A stretch of DNA of 64,000 bases from Eledone cirrhosa (Eukaryota), in the NCBI GenBank assembly GCA_964016885.1, contig OZ024745.1, positions 44,144,001 through 44,208,000 on the forward strand. The letters are read 5' to 3'. Positions 27,814-40,688 of the stretch are shown here, piece by piece. Position 1 is the stretch's first letter. The number at the start of each line of letters is the position of its first letter. The notes beneath the pieces are model-generated. The model searched no databases. It saw nothing but the letters and a program-made list of their open reading frames with translations, and had not been told where the DNA came from. The translations under genes were made by a program, and so were the position numbers.

Positions 27814-30800
27814 GATTTGTTCCAGTTCATTGTTTTGAGTTAAAATCCTATTGTTGCCGACTTGGGTAGATTTAATCTGACACCCAGTTTAATACCACCA
27901 CATGACCTTTAGGAGTCTTTAGCAAAGTCCACTTTTTCCCTCCCTCCCAACAGTTTCAGAGGCCTTGAATATGATCATGAGCACTGCTTTTCCCTTCCTG
28001 ATTATACTTTGAAAAAAGCAAATCTAACAATGCTTCTTATACCAAATGGAAGGACTAAGCTACTATAAAAAGAACAAACTCAAAGAGTTTATTAAATGAA
28101 AATAACAATATCTATGTAGGATACAACTTGGAAGCATAAACTAACATCCATTTAAAATATAAAAAAAATAGCTGCATCATTTCAAACATTACATTACAAC
28201 ACCTTATGATATCATGGGACCTTCTACAAAAGTATATGTGCACCCTATATTACAAAATTGCTCCTGCCTGAGCCTGTAACTGTTTCAGATATGAGAAATT
28301 CAAAGCAAAGGCAACCATTTGAGAAGCAAGCTTGATTTGCACAGACTCTTTCCATCTCATTTACAGGATTTCACGATATTCTATATTAGCAAGATGTATA
28401 CCACCTCAATCCAACCATTCTCTCATCATCCCTTCAGTGTCTCACTCACAAAAACCTGTACCATGTTATTCATCAAAATCACTCACATATTCAGTTTCTT
28501 CTGATGTTATAGAATGTAAACAATCAGAAGTTTAGCAATTTATGTAGTAGTGCTTTACAATTCAAAACAATTTGTGAGTTTTCGAATATTATTTTACTTT
28601 TTCTACAGGTACCTGTGTCAACAAATGGAGGAATGTCTATTTAACAAACACATTCACAGTATTACTCAAACGGAAAAAGTATACATTTTAAAATAGTTTG
28701 ACCTCAGTTGTAACACTAAAAACTGCTCACAAAACATGACAGATCTTATATAGTCCTTTTATTAATTAATTTTATCAATTTCCTGTCTGAGACAAACAAA
28801 GCTCAATCACACTGATTCCCAATAACAAATAATGTCAATTTGTCAAACTCTTGCTGGCAGCGAAAACAAATATTAAATGATGATGATGCTCTCAACGTAT
28901 TTGCAATCCTGCCTTCTGAAGCTCAGTAAAACTTTCTAAAAATATGTACTCAAGTATAATAAATAAAACACACCTTTTTGCCCTAATTTTAGTTTAAAAT
29001 TTCTCATATTATACTCACAAAAAACATAGTTAAACCATAAGACAAACTAAAATTCAAAAGTTGCTACTGGCAGTTTGTTGGAAAACTTCAAAGCATCATA
29101 CAGAAGAAAAAATGCCAAAAGAATTTATGTAGATATAAAAATGTGTAAAACAATCCAACCTATGCTAACCTGAAAATATCAACATAAAATATATTATTAA
29201 AATCTGGTACATGAAGTTTACTATACTCACAGTGTATTTATCTATGTTTGTATTATAGGCATTAGGAATGGTGCCAGATATAGTAGCCATCTAATACAAC
29301 TTACACCAGCATGAAAGAATGGATCTTAAAATGGCAATGATAAAAATATTCAACTGATGATTAATTATTTAAATATATAACACCAAATTACCAGCCATAA
29401 TAATAGATAACTTTGATTTTTTTAAATTTATTTCACTAGAATGTTTCATACATCTTACATAAAAAAGTTATATCTTTTCAGAAATCTTCAAAAATAACAT
29501 TTGTAAAAGCTGCTAAAAATAAGTAGTGAAATAGTTGTACAAGATTCTTTTATACATAACTGTGAAGGCGATAAACTCAGAGAATTATTATAATAAAAAT
29601 ATGAAAATATAACCACTAAGAATAAATCTTAAGATCTTATTGAAATGCTTCCCCCAATGAAAAAATGTGTGAGGATAGAAAAGAAAGGGAGAAAAAGGGG
29701 AAGACAGAGAGAGGGAGGTGGCAGATGGACAGAGAAGGAGGAAAAAAACAGTAACAGAAAGGGATTATAAATTTGGTTTTAAATGTAAAAGAACTGTTGA
29801 TCCTCATTACAAACTCTTTTGTTAACATATTTCTACACTACCAGTAGTTTTCAAATAATTTTGAAAATATTAAAAAATTTTGAGGGATTTAGTAACATAT
29901 CTAATTTTTTCGTTATTAAGCTGGTGTTTGAAACATAACATAATGAAAGTTTCTTACATAAAAGTTTGATGAAAGGTTTTTAGATAAATATGAACACTTT
30001 AAATAGTTTTGTATCATAAAATTAGGGATTGTTTCGGGTAGTTTGTTATTAAAACGGTTTAATGCTGAATGAAAAGAATATCAATAAATAATGCTAGACA
30101 AAAATAATGAAAACAACAAGCTTATCCCCTATTCATACATCACTAAGAGAATTCTCTCTAAGCTGGAAGTAAGTCAGAATATAGCATGTGAATACGTTAC
30201 ATATTTTAACATAAACATGAAACATGGCAAGACTGCATTAGTATAGCTACAGATATCTTCACAAGTGACTGAACATTCAAGGAAAACTAGACACCAAAGA
30301 CCAATGTACTTTGAGATTAAAGAACATCATATAAGTAATACATTTTACCACACATCAAAATACATTTTTGTCTTACTAATAAAAGGAAATAATCAAGACT
30401 ATTATTTTGAAGCAAACATGAGCCGTATTGCACACAATCCACCAAGCGATTTAATAGTTAACTCCATAAAGATTATTTAGTAAATTCACCCATGTACATT
30501 TTTAGAACTATCCAATCCAACATATTTTGGCATCTAACATATTTTACTGGTAACAAGAGTTTTCTTGTAATTTTATTAAGTTCAACTATATACTTAATTC
30601 TATATTTTTACCCAATTCTGAAGTGGCTATTTACATTTTTCCCCAATGATTTCCACATTTACATTTGAAAAAGAAAAAAAAATTATTAGTGAAATTGTAC
30701 AAGGGGAAAATATTATTGAAATGATTTGTTGAAAATATCCTGAAGAGTAATTATAAATGATAATTTTTGACTTGATAAATAAACATTTTTGTACAAACAC

Positions 30801-31086
30801 AAAACGTGATGTTGGTAAACAGACTGTACAGCAATTGGCTTTTAAGGGGAGGTAAACGATACAAATGAAAATTACGAGCTCACATATTTTAAGTGTCATG
30901 ATAGTTTAATATTCACAATTATATAATGAACACATTTATAATTGAGGAATTTCTCCAATACACTAATCAATGTAATCTCGTGGGATATATAAAATTAGAA
31001 ACTAGATTAACATGACATTTGAAAAGAAGTAATAACCTTCTTGTATATATTTTCGAAGAGATTTGAAATTGCACAGAATAATTGAC

Positions 31087-31188
<102 letters not shown>

Positions 31189-33584
31189 GATATAACCATA
31201 AGAATACAAAAATAATATATAGAAAGAAGTGAAATTCTAATTTCAATATAACTGTCATCCATTATATTACAATTTAGGTTAATGATAAGTATGGATACAA
31301 CACTACAGATTTGACTAAATTATTAAGAAGTTCACTTTCTAACCACGAGTTTCTGGATTCAGTCACACTATGCAACATCTAGGGCAAGTGTCTATTACCA
31401 TAACCTTATATCAATCCGAACCAAGTGAGTGAAATTGGGCAAATGGAAATTGTTTGGAAGCTCATTGGATGAGGTTGTACATGTAAATTCTAAGGGCTAG
31501 CAATCGTCACTCAATCTAACAGAGAATTATGTTAAGAGTACTCATATCAATGAAATACTCAGCCATTTAATGCGTTAAATTAATGATTAGGCTGATCTGT
31601 TAACTGAACAACTGGAACATTCACCATCAAAACCAACAAAGTAATAGCAATGATCAAGATACAGGTATTCAGTAGTTCTTTGTTGTTTGATTGAATAAGT
31701 ACTGATTGGTTTGTTAACGAAAAAAATAAATCAAAACTTAACTTCCACAGATATTGAAAGAGTCTAATCAAGTAAATATAAATAGATTTGTAATATGCTG
31801 TATAGTAGACACATCCACTCATGTATGTCAATATGGAAAATACGGCCATTAATGTCATGATGATGATGAGTAAATTTAATGGATAAACACTGGATTCATG
31901 ATAGAATACTGTGCATTTTACTATAATTTATATTGAGTTTATTCTCTGGGGATATGGTGTTGGTTGGTGCCGGTGTCTCAATTTAGGCAAGATACTGTTG
32001 TTAAATTTGTCAAGTCAAATATATTTGTTACTGGGTTCTTTTATCATATAGATCACCAACACTAGGGAGAATGACATGTCTTTGATACAACTAAAGGGTT
32101 CTTTCCTTTGTTTGGCAAGCTTTCTGTGGCTGGATGCCCTTCCTATCACCAACCACTTTACAGCATGTACTGGGTGCTTTTTATCATGTAGATCACCAAC
32201 ATTAGGGAAGTTGTAATGTCTTTGAAACAACTGAAGAGTCCTTCCTACCCTTTGTTTTGCAAAGATATTAAATAAGACTAAGAGGGAGAGACCAGATAAT
32301 AAAAAGAACAGTTTATGTTATAAAATTGAGATGCCCTGCATACCTAAAGAAACATGGTGTAAGCTTATATTCCTAATGTACTTGCTATAGAAGAAGTATT
32401 TATCTAAGACTCAAGCAGTTCTCTCTAGTCTGGAATGTCCTAAAAATATATTTGACAAAGTAGTTGATGAAAAATTATGTATTCAAATGATGTACAATAT
32501 AGTTACAATGTCTATAGGAGATGAAAGTTAGTTAAGATTAATGCTTTACCAAGAAACTGTATCATAAATAGTTGTCAAATTCAATCATTTAGATATTTAT
32601 AGTTTGTTGGATATGTAATGCAATTTCCAAGAAAAGTGAATGCAAGTTGATATGCATGAGTGATATTGACTGATATGTACAGAAAAAGATCACTATGTCA
32701 ACATACAATGCAAATGCATGAAAAATTGCAACTGAACAAACATCACAAAAATGATAGCCCAAATGTTAATAAAAGATCTAGAAGAGGCAGTGATGATATA
32801 ATTTTCCTTCTAAAAGCCAATTGAAAATTACAAAAATAGGAATTTCAATGGAACATTTAGATGAAATAAGATGTTAATGAAAATGGCTAAGATACAGGAC
32901 ATCAGGATTTCTGGAGGTTAATAACAATAATATTTAGGAAATTTACTTTATGTAGTCAGTGTAACAGTTAAAAAATACTGAATATGAACCATCATTTATG
33001 ATGTACACCAAAACTTACAGGGGTACTAATTTAAATTCTGTTAGCGTGTGATAAAATAGAGATGTAACGTCTATTATAAACATCATCATTTAATGTCCCT
33101 TTTGTCTGCTAGCAAGAGTTGGACAGGTTGTTAGGGACTGGTCAGTACTCAAGTGGACCTCTCAGAAGGGCTCAGAGTTTGCAACTCGCTTACATACATC
33201 CTTGGTCACCACAGAGTGCATTGGTTGCATTTTATCATGGCACCAGTATTACAAGGTTATCATATTTTTGACATAACTGAAGAGTCCTGACTCTTTGTTT
33301 GGCAAGTTTTCTACAGCTTCAAGCCCTCCCTATTACATGAACAGAAAAATACAGTCACAAATGATATTGTCAAAGAAAGTATGCTATAAGATTAAAGTAT
33401 AAAAGTTAAAGAGATATATTATAATCTACTAGATGGTTTAGTTTTAGGAAAGTAGGTAGGAGCTAGCAGCAGCAAATTACATTACAAAATATTTAAACAA
33501 AGGGTTGAAGATTTATAAAAAAATAAAGTGACACAGTTAGACATCAATAAACAATTGATGAGAAAAATATAGATCCAGAATAAA

Positions 33585-33720
33585 GGTGCGGGAATGCCTG
33601 TGTGGTTAAGGAGTTCACTTTGCAACCACATAGCCCCTGGTTCAGTCCAACTGCATGGCATCTTAGGCAAAGGTCTTCTATAGCTTCAGGTTGACCCATG
33701 CCCTATGACTGAAACCTGTG
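33585..33720 (+). mobile_element. tRNA-derived SINE; related copies at ~31300-31480(+), 35265-35490(+), 46490-46660(-), 48110-48395(+)
   Basis: gtgtggttaaggagttcactttgcaaccacat...ggttcagtcc...ggcatcttaggcaaaggtcttctatagc (box A/B-like head). Confidence 0.75.
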
Positions 33721-33739
33721 TATATATTATCTCCCGACC

Positions 33740-34320
33740 AAGTCTTGAAAGTAGAATAGGGATAGTTAGGATTCAATATAATTTGGGTTTGTGTCATATT
33801 GCAGGATAACAAATGCCGTACTTCAACTGTAAGAGAAGTATTTAGCTAAGAACAAACTTCAGATCTTTGCATTTGTTAGATAAGATCCCCTGTTCTATAC
33901 TCTGGTGAGTGTTCAAGTGTCAGTTCTCGTTCTACTTATACTTCTTGAACTAATAAAACAAAAGTGAAGGATTGGTTGTGCTTAGAACCTTTTATGAGCT
34001 GAAGTCTTGGTTCTCATAGAAGAAAACAGATTCTTCTATGAGTTGCAGAAACTTGGAAGTATGATCTAGAATCTAAAAGCTTAAAGGTCACCAAAGTGCT
34101 TATCAATGACAGAGAGAATAAAATCCAGAAGTTTTGGGAAGCTGACTTGCTTGATATGTAAGGGAGTAGGTCAGAACATAATGATAGTGTACTCAATGTA
34201 AGCAATGGATATATAAAAGTGGTCAGCTAACATAGAACTAGAATTTTAGATGTAAAAGATGTACAGGAATAGTCTGCAGTAGGAGCACTCATAAAATGAA
34301 GTTCAGAAAAAAGGTTTAAC
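33740..34320 (-). mobile_element. Highly degenerate CR1/L2-like LINE 3' fragment
   Basis: Only weak similarity of the minus-strand translation to the post-RT region (IEYT...); many stops. Confidence 0.3.
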
Positions 34321-34374
34321 TGTTCCGATATATTGATAGAAATGTGATGCAAATAAATGGTAACTGTATATGAA

Positions 34375-34765
34375 AAATTGACGGAACCTAACTCTAACGA
34401 AGCATTTTGAAAAGTAAATTGATGAAACTTATATAAGAATGCTTCAAGCTGCTCTGGACATCTGGAGACAACCTACGAAAGAACTTAATGGAAATTTACC
34501 ACCAATATCATGTCATCAGAGAAAGAAGAACAAGATTTGCTGGACATTGGTGGAGAGCAGAGGATGAGATTATCAGCAACATTCTTCTTTAGGAACCGAA
34601 GCATAAGTACACCAATGTTGGTAGACCACATCAAACCTACATAAAGCAACTGTGTGAGGATTCTGAGTGCACCTGAGATAACCTACCACAAGTAATGACA
34701 GGCTGAACAGACTGGTGAAAACGAGTCATGACGATCTGTGCAATAAGCATGCCTAGATGATGTAT
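34375..34765 (+). mobile_element. RTE-clade LINE C-terminal fragment (second RTE family)
   Basis: YIRMLQAAL...GNLPPIS...IRERRTRFAGHWWRAEDEIISNILL*EPKH...VGRPHQTYIKQLCED..., ending in gatgatg. Confidence 0.85.
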
Positions 34766-36269
34766 ATGAAACAGATCTGTTTAAGATAACCAGGAAAGAT
34801 GTAAAAAGAACTGGTGAGCTCTCAGAACACTGGGCCTTTCAGAAAAGATGATGGAAGACCAAGACATGGAAAAGCAGATATTAAAACTGTAATCTATATA
34901 TCTTATATGAGAAATGAAACCTCTAAATTTAAATATAGTTAATGGATATCTTTTTAATCTAAAAATAGACAGAAATTATAATTTTCAGTTTAAGTTTGAA
35001 TCCATACATGAATGATAGTGTTAAAGACTAGAATTATCTTTTCCTTTCAGACTATATAACAAAACCTTTCAATTTACAGATTCATTATAGATTATCCAAA
35101 AGAAATTATTGGAACAAGACTGGCTTTATTATTCCCCATATAAGTGATAAATTTTCCCACTGATTTTGCTGTATTTAAATATAGATCTTCCCAGTTTGTG
35201 TAGGTTGACTAACACTATTAATCTAGACATTTGCATACATTTTTGAAACATTATATTTATAAGCATGTGGTTCAAAGTTTGATCCCAGTGCATGCTACCT
35301 TACGCAAGTGTCTTTGCTATAGCCACATGTTGATAACTCTCCTGCACAGAAGCCCATCATGTATGTATATGTTGTGTTCCTTTGTGGTTTAACAAATAGA
35401 GAGACCAATAAAGACTGAAATAAGAATTGGAGTGAATATGATCGACAAAACACAAGGTCCCAGTATATAGTTGAATTACTGAAAACAACAAAAGAGTATG
35501 TTTTAAGACATAATAACCTGCTTCATATCTTGTTTATGTAATTTACGAAAGCAAAGCAATGTGTTGCTCCCTTTTTTTTATAGCTATAATGCCATGTGTA
35601 TCCTGGTTTTTAGAATAGGTACACTGTATCCCTGCGTATCAAAAAGGTGACTAAAAGGGTTATCATCACGAAGAGCATCCATCTGTAAAAACATTGTCTC
35701 AAAACTTTCAATCCAACCCATACCAGCCTGGATAAGTGGACGTAAAAATAATGATGATGATGATGAAACAAGGCAAATAACTACAATTTTAAAAAGTAGT
35801 GAGTGTGGTAGATAGTGAAATAGTAATACATATAATGTTTTAACAGGGAAAATGAGGGGCTTAACTAGATCCCTATGCAATCAGACCACCACCATCACTA
35901 CCACAATGATAAATGTCTGGGCAATGTGGGAGAGTGCTCTGGTGCATGCTGCCTCATGGTCCCAGTGGATAGAACAGTGAAAGCAATAGATGTGTTGCCT
36001 TATATTGTCATTTGAAAGGAGCAAGTCATGGGACTATAAACAATAAATCAGTTCCCAGTTCTCTGACACTGAATAGTTCTTGTTTTCTTGCCACAAATGT
36101 GGAGCAAAAACATTTCAGCTTCTTTCTGAAAGCAGAGAACAACATCATTTATCAATATATAAATAGTTTCTAAATAACAAATAAATGTGAAAATTTAAGT
36201 AACAAAAACCATGCTGGATAGAAGGAAGGAGCAGTACTCATGCTCTTTCCAGGTTCTCCAAGGCTAGAG

Positions 36270-36545
36270 AGATTGATGCAAGTTTACACTTTTGGAAAGC
36301 AGAGAGGTGGCTCTAGAGGGCCAATGATCTGGGCAAGAAGGAATGGACATATTGGTTAGTGTACGGTCTGTGAGGAGGAGAGACAAGCAAGTCAGAAGTC
36401 CCTGTAGTCATGATAAAGGGGAAGGAGACAGCATGTTTGTAGACTAGAAAGTGTCTGTGAATGATTTTATGCCAATTAACCAAGTGGCTTTTCTTTGGAT
36501 GTGGTCTAGGATGTCAGGATGAGCACCGTCACACCACCTAAGCTT
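36270..36545 (-). mobile_element. Degenerate CR1/L2/Jockey-group LINE 3' fragment
   Basis: Minus-strand TNQYVHSFLPRSLAL resembles the SFFPRT..LWN C-terminal motif. Confidence 0.4.
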
Positions 36546-38732
36546 TTTGGAGGATCATTAATTGTTAGGAAATAATCTATTTTCTGAACCTGAAATACAG
36601 TCCTAGCTATGTTAAAGATGTGCATTCATCATGACAGATCCTCGGCGCTTGTATGGCCTAGCATTTGGAACGATCATGAGGGCTCTAGTTGTGAGCTATA
36701 ATATTTAAGGAGAGATAGATACAATAATGTTTTCTTGAAATGAGCATTGATTGTATGTATTGTTTGATTATATATAGCTATTTTATTGTGCATATAGTCA
36801 AAATGTATTACTCTAGTCAATCTAGTTAATAGTTATTACACCAAATTCAAAGATGACTAATAGCTTTTGGAAGGACATATACATGCAACAATCTTAACTC
36901 CACTAATTCATATATATATTTGCTTTGAAAAAAATGTCCTCATATGTAAAATTGAATTTATCCCTTTAAAAAAGATACATACTATTTAGAGGTGAGATAG
37001 GTAAGAGAAGTTTAGATTGAATATGATGAGCATAGTTTGAAGTTTTTACCTATGCGCTAGTTAGAAAATAAGTTGTTTCTATTTTAATGAACATGTAAGT
37101 ATCAAAGAATCAGTGCTCAAATCAGAGACCTGTAATATTCAGCTAATGAGACAATCAAAAATACTCCCCTGGATGGGTTACTGGTCTATTGCAAGTAACT
37201 TTCCCAGGAAAGATATGGTACCTATTATCCAGTTAGCTAAACTGAACCATGTCAAATATATTTCTTTCCAAGCCTCACAACAAACACATGCTTATAGCAT
37301 AATATAGTCTAATACATCAAGAATCAGTAGTCAGTTATTGTATCCTCTTTACCACAGCAAAAGCCATAAAATGGCCATGTTTACAAATCTGTTATATTTA
37401 CAGCTTACATGGAAAATCAAATTCTTTCTTTCAACTATTTCCTTGTCAATGACAGTTTATTTCTGTCTGAAATATTTATGTATGTGCTTTTAAGTATATG
37501 ACACTTGTTCAAACATAGCCTTGTTTTGGCAAGAAATTAAACAAGCTTTAGCCATTTAGTAAAAAAAAAGGTGGGGGGTAGAAATGTTTTGGAGTTAATC
37601 AAAGCCGTTGTTAGGTAAATGATTAGAATAGGATAGAAAAAGCGGACATTATTACTTTACTTCATGGTTCAACCCATGCCAGTAAGATTATGGTGGTGGT
37701 GGTGATGATAATGATGATATTTCGTGAAGCAAGTTAAAAATGGGTAAAATGCCTACTTCGTGGATGAACAGCTAGTATTAGAAAATACAATTATAAAACA
37801 ATTACTTCAGCAACTCTTGCAAACATGAATTTGCAAAACACATGGAACCACGAAAGTGGAAAAAAAAAGTGTTTTAATGGAGCCATTGTTCATGGTTGTT
37901 TTTACTTTCCAATAACTGCCAACAATTTATATTCAAACGTAATCTGACAGAATATTTTGTTCCACAGCAAAAAAAAAAAAAAAAAAAAATGCAGCAGAGA
38001 GAAGACCGTTGTAACAATGCAACATTAGCTTTTGTCGCATATACATGTAAGTCTAGATTAGATGTGTTGCTAAAAGCTTTGTTTGAATCCAGTGTAAAAG
38101 AAAGCACTCTTATCATGTTAAGTAATAATAGAAATTGAAAATGTTTTGTTACCAGAGCATTCTGAAATGAAATAACATCATCTCAATTTATTTAATGTGA
38201 AATAAACGTTCAAGATGAGATCGGGGAACATGCAGTGTTTTATGAAATGTATTAAGAAAATAGAAGGTTAGTTGTTAAAATACTAACTCAATCGATACTG
38301 TGGTTAGAAAAAGAAATGTTAAAGCTATTTATTATTTTTTAAAAGAAAATTTAAGTTTAAGTTGAATTCTACAAAAAGTTTTCAAGTAGCCATGTGCACT
38401 GGGAAGTTGCAGGCATATTCTATAGAGTAATTAGAGTTTAGCAGTTGCTAGGATACGATGTAATTCAGTCCAGCCTTAGATGTTATTGTACAATCTATGA
38501 AAGTAAAATTATAAACAATAGCTTCTTATCACTAACGGGTCCAGTCAAATAGTTTAACAGCGAACTTTGAAATAGAAACTATAAACGTTTTAGAGTTTTA
38601 AAATACTGCAGGTAAATTATGACCAGCAAGTTTATCACTCCCGACGATACAACTAATGTTAAATCATACTTCAATTTTTATATCCCAAAATATGTAGTAT
38701 CTTGTAAATTTTTTGAAGTTGGCACCGCTTAC

Positions 38733-38835
38733 CTATTAAAGTCTGTCTGAGTACGTGAACATTTTCCAATATCTTTTCACAGTGTTCTTGGGCAACACCC
38801 ATTCCTTGCAGCTGATGGAGTTGAAGCTGACATAC
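38733..38835 (-). CDS. Coding exon 2 of N-terminal SAM-domain protein (C-terminal half of SAM)
   Basis: Acceptor atcttctcgacag|, donor |gtaagc, 103 nt. Joins in phase 0 to exon 1 giving VCQLQLHQLQGMGVAQEHCEKILENVHVLRQTLI(G), which matches SAM helices 4-5 (L..LGV...H..KIL..V..L). Confidence 0.9.
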
Positions 38836-40405
38836 CTGTCGAGAAGATATATTGTTCATATAGCAACAAGATAAAAGAACAAAAACAATCGACCATAAAG
38901 TTATGCACATCAATCGAATGTGGTCTAAAAATAAAAGAACACAATAGTTCACACACATATTTATATTTATAAATAACATTGCAGAGAAAAGTTACTTCTA
39001 TTCCACTACGTAACACTAGCAGGAAGTGAGAGCAACTGCATATTCAATGGCACATGCACTATTGCACCCTAAATCGTATATATAAAAAAAGATCACTGCA
39101 AATAAAAATCGAAGTATGGTAAATAATATAGATAGACGTAAGAAATAAACTTGTATGAATTGTCGGCAATGTCCTTGGGACCTATCTGCAGTAAAGCTAG
39201 ATTGGGAAATGTTGCAGATAGCCGCTTAATGGTTACTACTACATCGTAGTAGTAAGTGGAGGGTCTTTCCCCCTCTTCTCCAGTCTCCAGTATACATACA
39301 ACATTGGCACGTAGCGAGAAAGAGAGGGAGGGAGAGAGAGATTGCGACGACAACAGAACTAGTTAGGCGGGGGTGTGATGGAGTATTTACCGAATGAGAC
39401 ACTTTCATCGAAGCTTCAATGTGAAATTACCAACACCACTGATCAATACACACACACACATATATACAAATGTGTATGTGTGTGTGTTTAGATTGCGATT
39501 CGTAATAGGCTATTTTAAAGTCGAGTAAAATCTTGAAGAAAACATAGCAGTTATGTTGTAAGACACTGATCAATACGAGAAAAAAAAATCGAACACCAAT
39601 GCCGGTCAACAATGTTTTTATTGAGAGTTCAACTGTTTCTTCGCTACTTACGACTTGGTGCTGAATAGAAGAATCTTATGGAAATAATATTGTTATAATA
39701 ATGATTTTATATATAATAAATAGATAGAACGAGATGAAAGGGGAGAGGAAGGGAGAGAGAGAAAGAAAGAGATGTACTAACTACAGATAGAGAGAGTAAC
39801 AGACACATCTATAATGTAACAGGCATCAATTCCACCATAACTGCACAGATTACGAGGATGAAGCTAGACTGATGGTTCTAAAGGAACACACATCGGTTCG
39901 TTTCTTACAATTACATTGACACAATAGCAATGTATATCATAACTAAGATTGCTACATTACTTCCATGATGTATTATGTTTCAGGTTAGCACCAACACAAG
40001 TAAAAAAATGTCAGTATTTAGAAGCGCTGTAACGACTCTCGTTCATGTGAGTCCAGATGTTTTGTTACCTTCTTAAGGCTTTCTCAGAAGTTCCATAATC
40101 TTGATTACAAAAGTCACTAGATTACTAATTCTAATAAAATGTACTTTATTAGTTTCGCTAGCATCGACATAAGTGAAAATATTCCGTAGGGTTGGTGAAA
40201 GCAACGAGGAAAGGGTTTAGTGTCAGCAATAAAAGGGATAACAAGACACGAACTAGTGAGATTGTTGTGGCGCCTCCTCTGACCCTAGCAGCCGTCACAC
40301 ATATACATCGCTAGTTTATAATTTTTTCATTAGAAACTATAAAGAAATCTTTTAGATTAAATAAACATTTACACATCTACCCAGAGATACACTTGCTTTA
40401 CTTAC

Positions 40406-40498
40406 AGACTGCAGCGTTTTAAATCCATAAGCTTCAAAAGTATCCGCGTATTGCTTGCACATAAACGTTTCAAGCCATCTTTCCACGGGCCCGGGCAT
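40406..40498 (-). CDS. Coding exon 1 of N-terminal SAM-domain protein
   Basis: ATG at 40498, 31 codons MPGPVERWLETFMCKQYADTFEAYGFKTLQS, then a perfect donor GTAAGT. V..WL......QY...F...GF is the SAM N-terminal signature. Confidence 0.9.
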
Positions 40499-40664
40499 AA
40501 TTTATTTTTTTTATTTGCCAAAATAATCGTTTGGCGGGGGGAAGATAATCCCCCGCTCTGGTTATTTATTTATATGCTTAATCTTTTTTGTTGATTTTTT
40601 TTAAAGTAAGGCTTAAGTTCGGCCCTCCAGTTTTGTTGGCCAGACCTTCATTCCGTGAGCTTAA

Positions 40665-40688
40665 CATAATGGCTGCCTGTCACGTGAC
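40665..40688. promoter_or_regulatory. Probable core/proximal promoter: palindromic GTCACGTGAC (CLEAR/USF E-box) abutting a YY1-like GCCAT motif
   Basis: gtcacgtgac at 40679-40688 and ataatggctgc at 40666-40676, about 180 bp upstream of the SAM-gene ATG, in a CpG-retaining region. Confidence 0.6.

Noticed and set aside
39093-39353. Minus-strand ORF between the SAM exons
   Set aside because: Exons 1 and 2 already join in frame into a complete SAM domain; this ORF includes a GA repeat and has no recognisable homology.
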